Source: Paragordius varius
Taxonomy: Eukaryota; Animalia; Nematomorpha
Direction: 5' to 3'
DNA: 64,000 bases
Assembly: GCA_964247055.1 (NCBI GenBank)
Contig: OZ176053.1
Location: 1 to 64,000, forward strand
The translations under genes and the position numbers were made by a program. Below the pieces are notes generated by a model. The model did not search any database. It saw nothing but the letters and a program-made list of their open reading frames with translations, and was not told the origin of the DNA. Numbering within the stretch: position 1 is the stretch's first letter; each line of letters begins with the position of its first letter. Of this stretch, positions 1 through 11,303 are shown in pieces.

Positions 1-3000
1 CCTAACCCTAACCCTAACCCTAACCCTAACCCTAACCCTAACCCTAACCCTAACCCTAACCCTAACCTAACCCTAACCCTAACCCTAACCCTAACCCTAA
101 CCTAACCCTAACCCTAACCCTAACCCTAACCCTAACCCTAACCCTAACCCTAACCTAACCCTAACCCTAACCCTAACCCTAACCCTAACCTACCTAACCC
201 TAACCCTAACCCTAACCCTAACCCTAACCCTAACCCTAACCCTAACCCTAACCCTAACCCTAACCCTAACCCTAACCCTAACCCTAACCCTAACCCTTAA
301 CCGAGTGAATAACCTAACCCTAACCCTAACCCTAACCCTAACCCTAACCCTAACCCTAACCCTAACCCTAACCCTAACCCTAACCCTAACCCTAACCCTA
401 ACCCTAACCCTAACCCTAACCCTAACCCTAACCCTAACCCTAACCCTAACCCTAACCCTAACCCTAACCCTAACCCTAACCCTAACCCTAACCCTAACCC
501 TAACCCTAACCCTAACCCTAACCCTAACCCTAACCCTAACCCTAACCCTAACCCTAACCCTAACCCTAACCCTAACCCTAACCCTAACCCTAACCCTAAC
601 CCTAACCCTAACCCTAACCCTAACCCTAACCCTAACCCTAACCCTAACCCTAACCCTAACCCTAACCCTAACCCTAACCCTAACCCTAACCCTAACCCTA
701 ACCCTAACCCTAACCCTAACCCTAACCCTAACCCTAACCCTAACCCTAACCCTAACCCTAACCCTAACCCTAACCCTAACCCTAACCCTAACCCTAACCC
801 TAACCCTAACCCTAACCCTAACCCTAACCCTAACCCTAACCCTAACCCTAACCCTAACCCTAACCCTAACCCTAACCCTAACCCTAACCCTAACCCTAAC
901 CCTAACCCTAACCCTAACCCTAACCCTAACCCTAACCCTAACCCTAACCCTAACCCTAACCCTAACCCTAACCCTAACCCTAACCCTAACCCTAACCCTA
1001 ACCCTAACCCTAACCCTAACCCTAACCCTAACCCTAACCCTAACCCTAACCCTAACCCTAACCCTAACCCTAACCCTAACCCTAACCCTAACCCTAACCC
1101 TAACCCTAACCCTAACCCTAACCCTAACCCTAACCCTAACCCTAACCCTAACCCTAACCCTAACCCTAACCCTAACCCTAACCCTAACCCTAACCCTAAC
1201 CCTAACCCTAACCCTAACCCTAACCCTAACCCTAACCCTAACCCTAACCCTAACCCTAACCCTAACCCTAACCCTAACCCTAACCCTAACCCTAACCCTA
1301 ACCCTAACCCTAACCCTAACCCTAACCCTAACCCTAACCCTAACCCTAACCCTAACCCTAACCCTAACCCTAACCCTAACCCTAACCCTAACCCTAACCC
1401 TAACCCTAACCCTAACCCTAACCCTAACCCTAACCCTAACCCTAACCCTAACCCTAACCCTAACCCTAACCCTAACCCTAACCCTAACCCTAACCCTAAC
1501 CCTAACCCTAACCCTAACCCTAACCCTAACCCTAACCCTAACCCTAACCCTAACCCTAACCCTAACCCTAACCCTAACCCTAACCCTAACCCTAACCCTA
1601 ACCCTAACCCTAACCCTAACCCTAACCCTAACCCTAACCCTAACCCTAACCCTAACCCTAACCCTAACCCTAACCCTAACCCTAACCCTAACCCTAACCC
1701 TAACCCTAACCCTAACCCTAACCCTAACCCTAACCCTAACCCTAACCCTAACCCTAACCCTAACCCTAACCCTAACCCTAACCCTAACCCTAACCCTAAC
1801 CCTAACCCTAACCCTAACCCTAACCCTAACCCTAACCCTAACCCTAACCCTAACCCTAACCCTAACCCTAACCCTAACCCTAACCCTAACCCTAACCCTA
1901 ACCCTAACCCTAACCCTAACCCTAACCCTAACCCTAACCCTAACCCTAACCCTAACCCTAACCCTAACCCTAACCCTAACCCTAACCCTAACCCTAACCC
2001 TAACCCTAACCCTAACCCTAACCCTAACCCTAACCCTAACCCTAACCCTAACCCTAACCCTAACCCTAACCCTAACCCTAACCCTAACCCTAACCCTAAC
2101 CCTAACCCTAACCCTAACCCTAACCCTAACCCTAACCCTAACCCTAACCCTAACCCTAACCCTAACCCTAACCCTAACCCTAACCCTAACCCTAACCCTA
2201 ACCCTAACCCTAACCCTAACCCTAACCCTAACCCTAACCCTAACCCTAACCCTAACCCTAACCCTAACCCTAACCCTAACCCTAACCCTAACCCTAACCC
2301 TAACCCTAACCCTAACCCTAACCCTAACCCTAACCCTAACCCTAACCCTAACCCTAACCCTAACCCTAACCCTAACCCTAACCCTAACCCTAACCCTAAC
2401 CCTAACCCTAACCCTAACCCTAACCCTAACCCTAACCCTAACCCTAACCCTAACCCTAACCCTAACCCTAACCCTAACCCTAACCCTAACCCTAACCCTA
2501 ACCCTAACCCTAACCCTAACCCTAACCCTAACCCTAACCCTAACCCTAACCCTAACCCTAACCCTAACCCTAACCCTAACCCTAACCCTAACCCTAACCC
2601 TAACCCTAACCCTAACCCTAACCCTAACCCTAACCCTAACCCTAACCCTAACCCTAACCCTAACCCTAACCCTAACCCTAACCCTAACCCTAACCCTAAC
2701 CCTAACCCTAACCCTAACCCTAACCCTAACCCTAACCCTAACCCTAACCCTAACCCTAACCCTAACCCTAACCCTAACCCTAACCCTAACCCTAACCCTA
2801 ACCCTAACCCTAACCCTAACCCTAACCCTAACCCTAACCCTAACCCTAACCCTAACCCTAACCCTAACCCTAACCCTAACCCTAACCCTAACCCTAACCC
2901 TAACCCTAACCCTAACCCTAACCCTAACCCTAACCCTAACCCTAACCCTAACCCTAACCCTAACCCTAACCCTAACCCTAACCCTAACCCTAACCCTAAC

Positions 3001-3161
3001 CCTAACCCTAACCCTAACCCTAACCCTAACCCTAACCCTAACCCTAACCCTAACCCTAACCCTAACCCTAACCCTAACCCTAACCCTAACCCTAACCCTA
3101 ACCCTAACCTTAACCCTAACCTTAACCCTAACCTTAACCCTAACCCTAACCCTAACCCTAA
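1..3161. repeat. Telomere, (CCCTAA)n = (TTAGGG)n on the minus strand; left chromosome end
   Basis: About 525 hexamer copies. The tract is perfect from ~312 to ~3100. CCTAA-type indel variants occur in 1-200, a non-telomeric insert at ~297-314, and CCTTAA variants at the proximal edge (3107-3135). There is an abrupt junction to AT-rich unique DNA at ~3161. Confidence 0.99.
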
Positions 3162-3856
3162 AAATATTTGAAAATTTTATTAATTAACAATCCAATACCT
3201 AATAATAAAAAATTTCTCATACCTAAATATTTTTGCCAGTTTTGATAATTATAACAAACCTATTTTAAATAAATAATTACCAATGCAATACAAATTAAAC
3301 AAAAAATTCTTAAATTGAATGTTTTTAAGAAAATTATTTATAATTAACGAAATTGAATAAAAAACAAAGAAATTAAATTTGACTAAATTTATAAAAACCG
3401 TAATTTTACCTGAATATATGTCTGAAATACTTAAATAATTAACAATGGAAAACATAAAAAACAAAAACAATATAAAATCTACTTAAATAATTATTAAATT
3501 TAGGAATAATTAACATAAATAATCTTAAAATGTATTTTACTATTTATTAATTTATAAAAGATAAAAACCACAAAATTCCGCATCTAAATACGTAAAAACA
3601 ATATTTCAAATGTTAACTTAAATTGCTATAATATTCTCAAAATTTAACTTTACAAAATATTCATTAAATTAGAGCCTATGTTAATTATCATGTCTCCTCT
3701 TTCATATGTGTACAACGAAAAAAATTTGTGGATTAGTATTTTACGCATTTGATAAATCATATATGTTATTTGACTAGCAATAAATTACTTAACATACATT
3801 AAAATGCATACTGTATAAAGCCATCCATACTTTTTATCTGACTTTTTTGAATTGTA

Positions 3857-4049
3857 AAAGTATGAGGAAATTATACATTGCTGGAAAGTTATTAGATATT
3901 GCCAAGTATAGAAAACAAGGGGGAGTTTTATTGGTTTATAGTTATTTTTTTCACTTTTTACTTTTATTAGCCAATTATGATGCTTTTTATTTTATTTACT
4001 ATTTGGCAATAAATAATAATTTTCTAGCAATGTATACTTACTCATACTG
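3857..4049. mobile_element. Foldback MITE (TIR CAGTATGAGTAAGTATACATTGCTAGAAA), left TIR decayed
   Basis: Right end reads TTTCTAGCAATGTATACTTACTCATACTG-TA, and the left end is a degenerate inverse. A second copy lies at 24435-24627. Confidence 0.7.
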
Positions 4050-5498
4050 TATACCCCCTATCCTTATGTTGTCTAAAACGTTAAGATCTATAAGACAATT
4101 ATTTAAAGTATGCACATTTATGCTCCCCTTATTTATGCCCGATTGAATATACAGCTGTGTATAAACATAATGTAAAAAAACATTTTTTTGAATTTACATT
4201 ACATTAATTATTATGGACAAAGTTTTTTTTTAACATATGCTGCTGTATTACCAATGGTCCAACATGCATATTGTAATTAATAACCAATCTTTCCAATGTT
4301 ATGGATTAAAATAAGTGTTTGTTTTTAAAGGGAAAATTTTGTTATTATCATTTTTTTTTCACGAATAAACTATAATCTGAACATGGAACATTGAAAAAGC
4401 GATAATTAGACCTTGTTTTTACATTGTAAAGATAACAATCGTGATTGCATAAATAAAATCGATACTTATTGAAAGGGAACAGATGGAGGTTTTAATAGAG
4501 TTTTGATCCGTGGTGCTTATTAAAAATAATCTGTCGAGAGAATGATATTTTGGCTCAAGGGCCGTTTTCCACATAGAAAAATATTTTAATAAGGTTTATT
4601 AGCCGTTATGCATATATTTATACTCTATATCAGCACACCAATATTTTTTGCCTATCGCCATAAAAATCTAAGCTAAAACCCTTTTCGTACGTACCATTTA
4701 CTAAACAGTTACTTGATTATCCTACATAAGCTATTTATATGATAGCATGCATCACCAATCTACATCTATTGCTATTTTGCGAACTAAAAAGTTGTTATGC
4801 AAATTTAAAAAGTATGTTTGTCCTTTAGAAAAAATAATTGTCTTTTAATTTACGTTTTATCCATATACTTCCAATTTCTATCGAAAAAAATATAATTTTG
4901 ATCATATCTACATAATTGCATATGTAGACCCATTTTATCAATAACCAGCAATTTTTATACAAGCCAATCTTAATACGTTATCGATGTAGGCATCTGCAAG
5001 CAATTTCGATATATATTTTTAACGTAATGCATTTTAATATGCCGTCTCGCTTAGCTGACACTATGCAGCAAAAACGGGGTCAAAAATAGGGATTAGTGTA
5101 TCATATATCATCGTTAGTTAAGCTTCAGGATAATAAACATTGAAATGATATGTGCCTTTACAATACTAAAAATAGTTATTTAATTTTTCTGTTATTAGCC
5201 AAAATCAAAAAAACACATTTTTATCGCATATTAGATCAAATAAAATTAAAACATTAGACGGAAACGTGTTAACTCAATTTAATTTGTGTTAATATAGCAT
5301 AAAGATAAATCTAAACGCAAAGATTTTACAATGCCAGAAAGATTTTTCAAAATATAAGCCAAAAATCACACCTTGGCGTAAATTTAAATCATAAAAACTT
5401 GTTATTTTTGGGTAAAATATTTTTTTGCTTTTATATGTAGTTTAAGACATTTAGTAATTTTTTTAGGATTATAGGATTTAGCCAGACAGATATATTAG

Positions 5499-5816
5499 CA
5501 CTTGGATACATTCAGATCAGTTCTTAGATTTAAATTTGGGTCGGTAAATACCCCACAAAATCAATATCATAAATGTAATTTAAATAACAAAATAGCTTCA
5601 ATTTTACCCTTAAAATGAAGACGATATGGCGTCGAAGTAGTTTGACATGGAATTTTTTTTTCAAAAAATTTTATTTATATATTTTGGCATATTTATATAA
5701 TTTTTATTAGGATAAAAGCATAAATTTAAATTGGGACCATTTCCTTCAGTAGTTTTTTAAAATTCTAACTCAAATTTAGTCTGGGGTATTTAGATATCCC
5801 AAATTGAATCGAAGTG
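5499..5816. mobile_element. Non-autonomous TIR element ending ...CCCAAATTGAATCGAAGTG-TTA(A/G); TTAA-type ends
   Basis: About 250 bp is clearly homologous to the copy at 62282-62832 (ATGGCGTCGAAGTAGTTTGA...TTTAGTCTGG...GAATCGAAGTGTTA). Confidence 0.6.
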
Positions 5817-7263
5817 TTAGATGTGTATGATAGTCTATTTTTTAATATGGTGCGGTTACCATATAGCTGTATACCATGAGAATCATGATACATTTTGTCA
5901 GAATATAATATTTACGATTTAAATTCACTCTCGAGCAATTAAAATATACTCTTGAACTTTTCAAGAAAAATAAATTATATGTTTTCCGGCTAATATAACT
6001 TATCATTATTATAAATATTCTTATGGCATAGTTTATTTTCAGTATTATATTAATTTTAAACAAAATTTCATTATTTTAATAATATAGCTCTAAAAACAGA
6101 AAATATGTCTTCTGTCCGCTGAATTTAAATTTCATCTGCTCTGAAAACGGAAAGAAACATTAAACTAAAATGCATATAAATTATCAGATTTTTTTATCTA
6201 TCAGAATAGATTTGGTATGATACCCGATAAAAACCATGCCCAGTATTTTTCTATTTTATCGTTAGTAATCATTAAAGATACTGCAAGTATTGAAAATATT
6301 AGCGAGTTAAATTTTACAAAAATATCATATCTGTAAATTCATTTGAAAATTATTGTTATTGCTCAATGCTTCTATATTCTTGCTATGTCAATAATAAATC
6401 ATAAAATATCATACATTTCATTTTTATAGAATGTAAGTTACTAGGTATCGCTTTGTTAACCAAAACTTATGTTTATATATTTATAACATTTTATGATAAC
6501 AAAATTAGTCATAAGATAAGTCACACTGATATACTTTATCTTGTATTTACATAAATAATAATTCTTTGATCACAAAAATTATATATAATATCTTATCTTA
6601 ATATATAATTCTTTTTATAACTATTTTTTATGCCTGCTTTTTTATATTTTTAAATTGAATTTTACAAACACTACATATATTCACCATTCTATTTTTACCA
6701 CCATTTATTTTTCATAATCGCTCATTTATTTTAGCACTTATTCAAATCGACTATCATTATTTGGATTTGAATATACTCACTTTAATTTATTTTTTCGCTT
6801 GGATTTCTTTAATACCTTGTTAATTGTTAATTATTTTTATGTAATCTTCGGTTTTATTATAGTCATATCATTTTTAATCGCTATTTTTGCTTAATTTTTC
6901 TTTTGTTTTTATTTTAAAATTAAATTTTTTATAATATGAAACAATTGTTAGTAATTTTCTTCTCTACGAATAACTTTGGGTACCATTTTTGTACTTTACT
7001 AAATATTTATATTCGTTACAGTATGTGGTAATTTCTAAATATTTCTGATCACATATGTTATATTCCACAGGTCCATAATGTTATTTTTATTTTTGGAGAT
7101 TTGATCCTTCCTTCATGTGTACATAGCAGTGGCCCGATATCGAAATACACTTTAAACATTTTATAACTTGTTTTTTCAAATCATCTAATACTTTATAAAA
7201 AAAATTTTATACTTTTTTTTCAAAAGTTTAAAAATTGTTTCTAAATTGATTTTTATGATTGTG

Positions 7264-7415
7264 TTTGGGCCACTCCTGGAGGTACTGCAATACCAGGTTG
7301 ACCCGATGGGGAGGGATAGGCAAGCCCAGAGCGCCTCCCCAAAATCTCCAAAAATAAATTTAATATCATGGACCTCTTTAGAGGTCGTATCAGATATTAA
7401 GCTGATAAGAACAGA
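7264..7415 (-). ncRNA. U2: U2 snRNA, 3' part (nt ~40 to end), separated from its 5' part by a retrotransposon
   Basis: Minus strand reads TCTGTTCTTATCAGCTTAATATCTGATACGACCTCTAAAGAGGTC...ATTTTTGG (Sm site)...CCTGGTATTGCAGTACCTCCAGG (stem-loop IV). This matches the metazoan U2 sequence. Confidence 0.97.
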
Positions 7416-8284
7416 TTTTAATTTATTTACATAATATATATATAATAATAAAAAAAAGATGCATGTGTTTAATTATAATATATTTTTATATTAGATTGAT
7501 CAATGATGGCAATGAAGTGGTGATTTACAAATTATTTAAAATTTATAATAAATATTGTAATAAAAATATTTTACGTGTAAAAAAAAATAACCTCCAGTGG
7601 AGGAAAAAAAAAATAGGAGAGAAAAACCCCGGACGGGGTTAGAAAAAAACTCTCCCAAAGGAATCTTTGTTGGATCCTGTTGGTTGGTTTGAATCTAGCA
7701 CAATTCCGTTTTCGTTCGACGTCTGTTGTATTGGTGGGGGATCAACGAAGGTAGCAGCGTCTTGTCCTGGCGTCATTTGAGATGTTGATTGGAAGTGATC
7801 ATCGTTGGTTGAGTTGAAGGTTGTTTCGGCAGTTGTTAGTGAATTGACTTGATTAGGTTTGGTTGAGGCGTTCGTTACACTGTCGGGAGGTTCGACTCCA
7901 TTTTTAAACTCGTACCAGAGCCGTGATGAGTGTCGTATTGTAGAACTTATCATCAGGCTTCTGAGCCGAGAAATAGAGGAACTAGTAATATTCTTCAAAC
8001 CTTCGTCGTTTTTGGGGAACCATGATCCTAGACTTCCGACAACCAGTGGGAGTATCTTGACTTCGTTTGAGTTATTAGACAATAAGGGAATCAAAGGGGT
8101 ATATTTTTCTACCTTATTGTCCCAAGCCGAAGCCAAGGCCGCCCACCGATCATCGAAAGGACAGGTCACGTCGATGATGTATATAATGCCGCGAAATTTA
8201 ATTACTAAGTCAGGTTTCAGGGGGAGGGAGGCTGGGTAGGAATTCTCGGACATGATTTCAGCGCCACAAGATAAATGTGTTTTT
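7416..8284 (-). mobile_element. 5'-truncated Utopia-type (U2-targeting, NeSL/R2 group) non-LTR retrotransposon, 869 bp
   Basis: Inserted exactly between U2 GTAGTA and TCTGTTCTT. It encodes a restriction-like endonuclease. No TSD or poly(A) is visible. The 3' UTR has two GC hairpins and ends in an AT-rich tail. Confidence 0.93.
7639..8253 (-). CDS. C-terminal restriction-like (PD-D/ExK) endonuclease domain of the Utopia element plus a low-complexity tail; uninterrupted 204-aa ORF
   Basis: Motifs KPDLVIK-x7-DVTCPFD-x-KVEKY and PLVVGSLGSW are typical of R2/NeSL/Utopia endonucleases. The frame stays open back to the U2 junction (KTHLSCGAEIM). Confidence 0.88.
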   Translation of the reverse strand: MSENSYPASLPLKPDLVIKFRGIIYIIDVTCPFDDRWAALASAWDNKVEKYTPLIPLLSNNSNEVKILPLVVGSLGSWFPKNDEGLKNITSSSISRLRSLMISSTIRHSSRLWYEFKNGVEPPDSVTNASTKPNQVNSLTTAETTFNSTNDDHFQSTSQMTPGQDAATFVDPPPIQQTSNENGIVLDSNQPTGSNKDSFGRVFF

Positions 8285-8323
8285 TACTACACTTTGATCT
8301 TAGCCAAGAGGCCGAGAAGCGAT
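8285..8323 (-). ncRNA. U2: U2 snRNA, 5' part (nt 1-39, stem I and branch-point recognition sequence)
   Basis: Minus strand reads ATCGCTTCTCGGCCTCTTGGCTAAGATCAAAGTGTAGTA. Confidence 0.97.
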
Positions 8324-8364
8324 AACCACATACAAATTTGACTCTTTCAATATATATTTATTTA

Positions 8365-8385
8365 TTCCGTTAATTTTGGGCATTA
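8365..8385 (-). promoter_or_regulatory. Putative snRNA proximal sequence element (PSE) of the U2 gene
   Basis: TAATGCCCAAAATTAACGG starts at about -62 relative to U2 +1. Position and 5' half resemble the insect PSEA (TAATTCCCAA..., about -61 to -41, recalled). Confidence 0.5.
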
Positions 8386-9526
8386 CCAATTGAAAAATTT
8401 TTGATTTGCAACTCCTATGGTTGAAACAAGCATTTTTTTAGCTATCGAATGATACCAAATACTCTATATGTTGTTTGAAATATCAATTATTTTGTAATTT
8501 TGGCAATTATTATCATATTTTTATAAATATATGCTTTCTATCAACATTTTATCCATTTGTTTGTTAATTTGCTCATCTTCGTTTTGTATGTATTATCTTT
8601 CCCCTATGTTATGTTATTCGAATACCAATATCCATATTTTTATTATGATATAATACAGAATTTAATAAATATTAGTACTGAATTTTATATAGTTGTCTTT
8701 TGGAGGTAAATATAGCAGATTTTAAAGAGAATATTTAGATAATAAAATGGAATTTAATAAGAAAAAATTAATTATTTTATAATTATTCATAATTTGAAAT
8801 AAGTGGAAAATTTCAAGTTATATAAATCAAAATATTTATTGTAACGATTTTAAGAATTTGTAACAGATGACATAACGAAATAATTTTATTATCAAAAAAG
8901 AAATAAACAATAAAAGTTGAAAAAATCTATAAAAGGAAGTCAAAAAAGGTATACAAAATATAATTATTGCTAATGAGAAAGAAAAAAGGAGGCATAAAAA
9001 TTTGAATCGTAATCATGTTATGGAGAAAATGAAGTTTTTTTTTTTTATTCGCGTATTCAAATTAAGAATTGTTTTATAATGCTTTTCAAGTGGAACTTCC
9101 TTCTTGCATAAAAGTTTTTGAACGGAATGTAAAACAGATTTTACGATATCGAAAAATAAGGCGCAGTGATAATTGTTTATTTATAAGATGTCTTTATACA
9201 TCTTGGTAGCGAAATAACATAAATTATGCATAAGGTATAAATAATAAATTTAACTTTGATCGATGTAAATAAAACTAATACAGTTATGGCATAAAATTAT
9301 ATTGGTTTACATTTTTTTATAATTTCTATTCTAATTGTCTGATAATGTATATATATATTTATGTTCTTATTAAATTATAATGCACATGCGCTCAAGATTA
9401 TAACGGTTCCTTTTATGTTATTTTCCTTTGTCTAATGTATCAATTTATATGTATTGATTTGTCTCACATTTAATTTCATTTTATATTTTCTTTGTTGTAA
9501 TTTATTTTAAATTTTTTCTATTAACA

Positions 9527-9560
9527 ACTCCTGATGATGCCATTGGGCGAAAATTTGAGT
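9527..9560 (+). ncRNA. Minimal type I hammerhead ribozyme motif (Penelope-type)
   Basis: ACTC-CTGATGA-T-GCC(ATTG)GGC-GAAA-ATTT-GAGT: core CUGANGA and GAAA, stem II GCC/GGC, stem I ACTC/GAGT, and a palindromic AATT in place of stem III. It is preceded by a T-rich tract and followed by AATAAA. Confidence 0.7.
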
Positions 9561-9639
9561 ATATAATAAATTTATTTTTTATTTTCTTCCATTATTCACG
9601 ACGTTAACACGAATTTTATAAGAAATGATATTTTTAAAA

Positions 9640-11257
9640 AAACAAAGGGATATTATGGATATGCTTATACATTTTTATTATTTTATGGACTAATAATGAT
9701 TTATGCCATACGCTACTGTAGTTTTAAAATCATAAAAAATTCTAACACATGCAAATCTGGTCGGGATTCATTTAAAGAAAAAAATAGGGATATTGGTAAA
9801 AATTAAATGTATACATAAAAGAAATTTTATAATTATGTGCAAATGTGAGATGAACGTTACAGAAAAATATGAAAGAAAGGACGGTATATTTTGTTTATTC
9901 TTTCCTGTTTTTTTAACATGAGATGAAAATTATAGTTTGATGGATACATATGTGTTTTCTTTTGAGTATTCAGAATTACATAAATTTTTTTAACATTTCA
10001 TCAAAAAGTTAACAATTTCCATGTGTGAATGTCTTAATTATATTTAAGTATGTTGATGGGTAAGTTGTGTATACATATACAGTAGCGTATGGGAGTAAAA
10101 CAATATTAGTCCATAGAATAATAAAAAAATGTTTTTTTAAAAAAAACAAGGGGATATTATAAATATGTGTATTTACATCTAGGATTATTTTTAAAAAAAA
10201 AAACATTTTTTTATTCTTTTATGGACTAATATTGTTTTACTCCATACGCTACTGTAAATGCGAAATAGAATTCATATAGTATATAAAAAAAAGAAGCAAG
10301 GAATCAAATATAGAATTAAAATTTTAGGATTGTTAACAATCAATATAGTCAAGCAACTTTAACGTTATTATCAAGTCTAACAAATTATGTGTAGGAAACA
10401 GCATATTGACAGTTATATGGGATATAATTTATTAAAGTGTACTATTTTAAGCTAGAAAAAAATAATAATCCTACTTCTCTCATGCAAATATTTATCATTT
10501 ATAATTTAAACAAGTTAAAATCCCATACAATAATGATATAGGTGTAATATAAATTTCAAATAAATAATTTAAAATCATGTTATTTATTACTTAAATTAAG
10601 TATATTTCAAAGGTATTCGCTAAGCTAATGTCCAATATCGTGCAAAGTTGCTTAAACCAATCGTGTACCGTCTAAAAATTATCACAGTAAAACCTTGATA
10701 ATGTAAATTAATTTAATATCATTTGTTGTTTTTTCGAATTTCCAATCATAATGTGAATGTGGCACCCAAGGCGAGTTTTTGCGGAACACGGAGATATTTT
10801 CATAAAAGAGAAGTGATTTAAAATTTAAAGCAGATGTAAATTACAGTAGCGTATGGCATAAAACATTAGTCCATAATAGAATAAAAAAGGTACCCATAAT
10901 ATACCCTTGTTTTATAACATTTTTTTATTCTTTTATGGACTAACATTGTTTTATGCCATATGCTACTGTATTTATATATTTTGAGTAAAATTTATTTTAA
11001 TTTTTTACTTCATTTTATAGAATACATTTTTAAAATTGTCCATTTACATATCTGACCAATATAAATTACAACATACAGTAGCGTATGCAGTAAAAGATTG
11101 TTAGTGCTAAATAATCTTAATGAACACAAAACAGGGGGATATTATGGATATGTTTATAAATAGGACTGAATGATAATTAATATATGAAAATTGTCCCCCT
11201 GTTTTGTGTTGATTAAGATTATTTTGCACTAACAATCTTTTACTGCATACGCTACTG
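9640..11257. mobile_element. Cluster of Tc1/mariner-type MITEs (TA|CAGTAGCGTATG...CATACGCTACTG|TA)
   Basis: Complete copies at 10080-10254, 10844-10968 and 11076-11257, each flanked by TA with 40-60 bp TIRs. A right-end-only copy ends at 9718. Further copies at 42551-42616 and 43650-43823. Confidence 0.85.
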
Positions 11258-11303
11258 TATAACCATTTTAATTATAAAGTGGACTATTTTTAAGGATCTA
11301 AAT

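Noticed and set aside
305-3187. 960-aa poly(LT) ORF
   Set aside because: It is just the stop-free frame of (CCCTAA)n.
1-3300. Telomere-specific retrotransposon (TRAS/SART-like) at the telomere junction
   Set aside because: No RT or endonuclease sequence and no poly(A) junction adjoin the repeats.
3249-6063. Short F/I/L/K-rich ORFs in the subtelomere (and similar ones throughout)
   Set aside because: Their composition reflects AT-rich noncoding DNA or MITE foldbacks (e.g. 3847-4146, 10009-10206, 43551-43736).
7859-8239. 126-aa plus-strand ORF, and 7246-7434 ORF
   Set aside because: These are antisense shadows of the Utopia endonuclease and of U2.
10610-10800. Possible minus-strand exons joined by a 22-nt GT-AG interval; similar 21-nt intervals near 13750-13770 and 14224-14244
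   Set aside because: No recognisable protein and no unique phase-consistent solution, so they cannot be supported without RNA data. Worth rechecking if micro-introns are confirmed.
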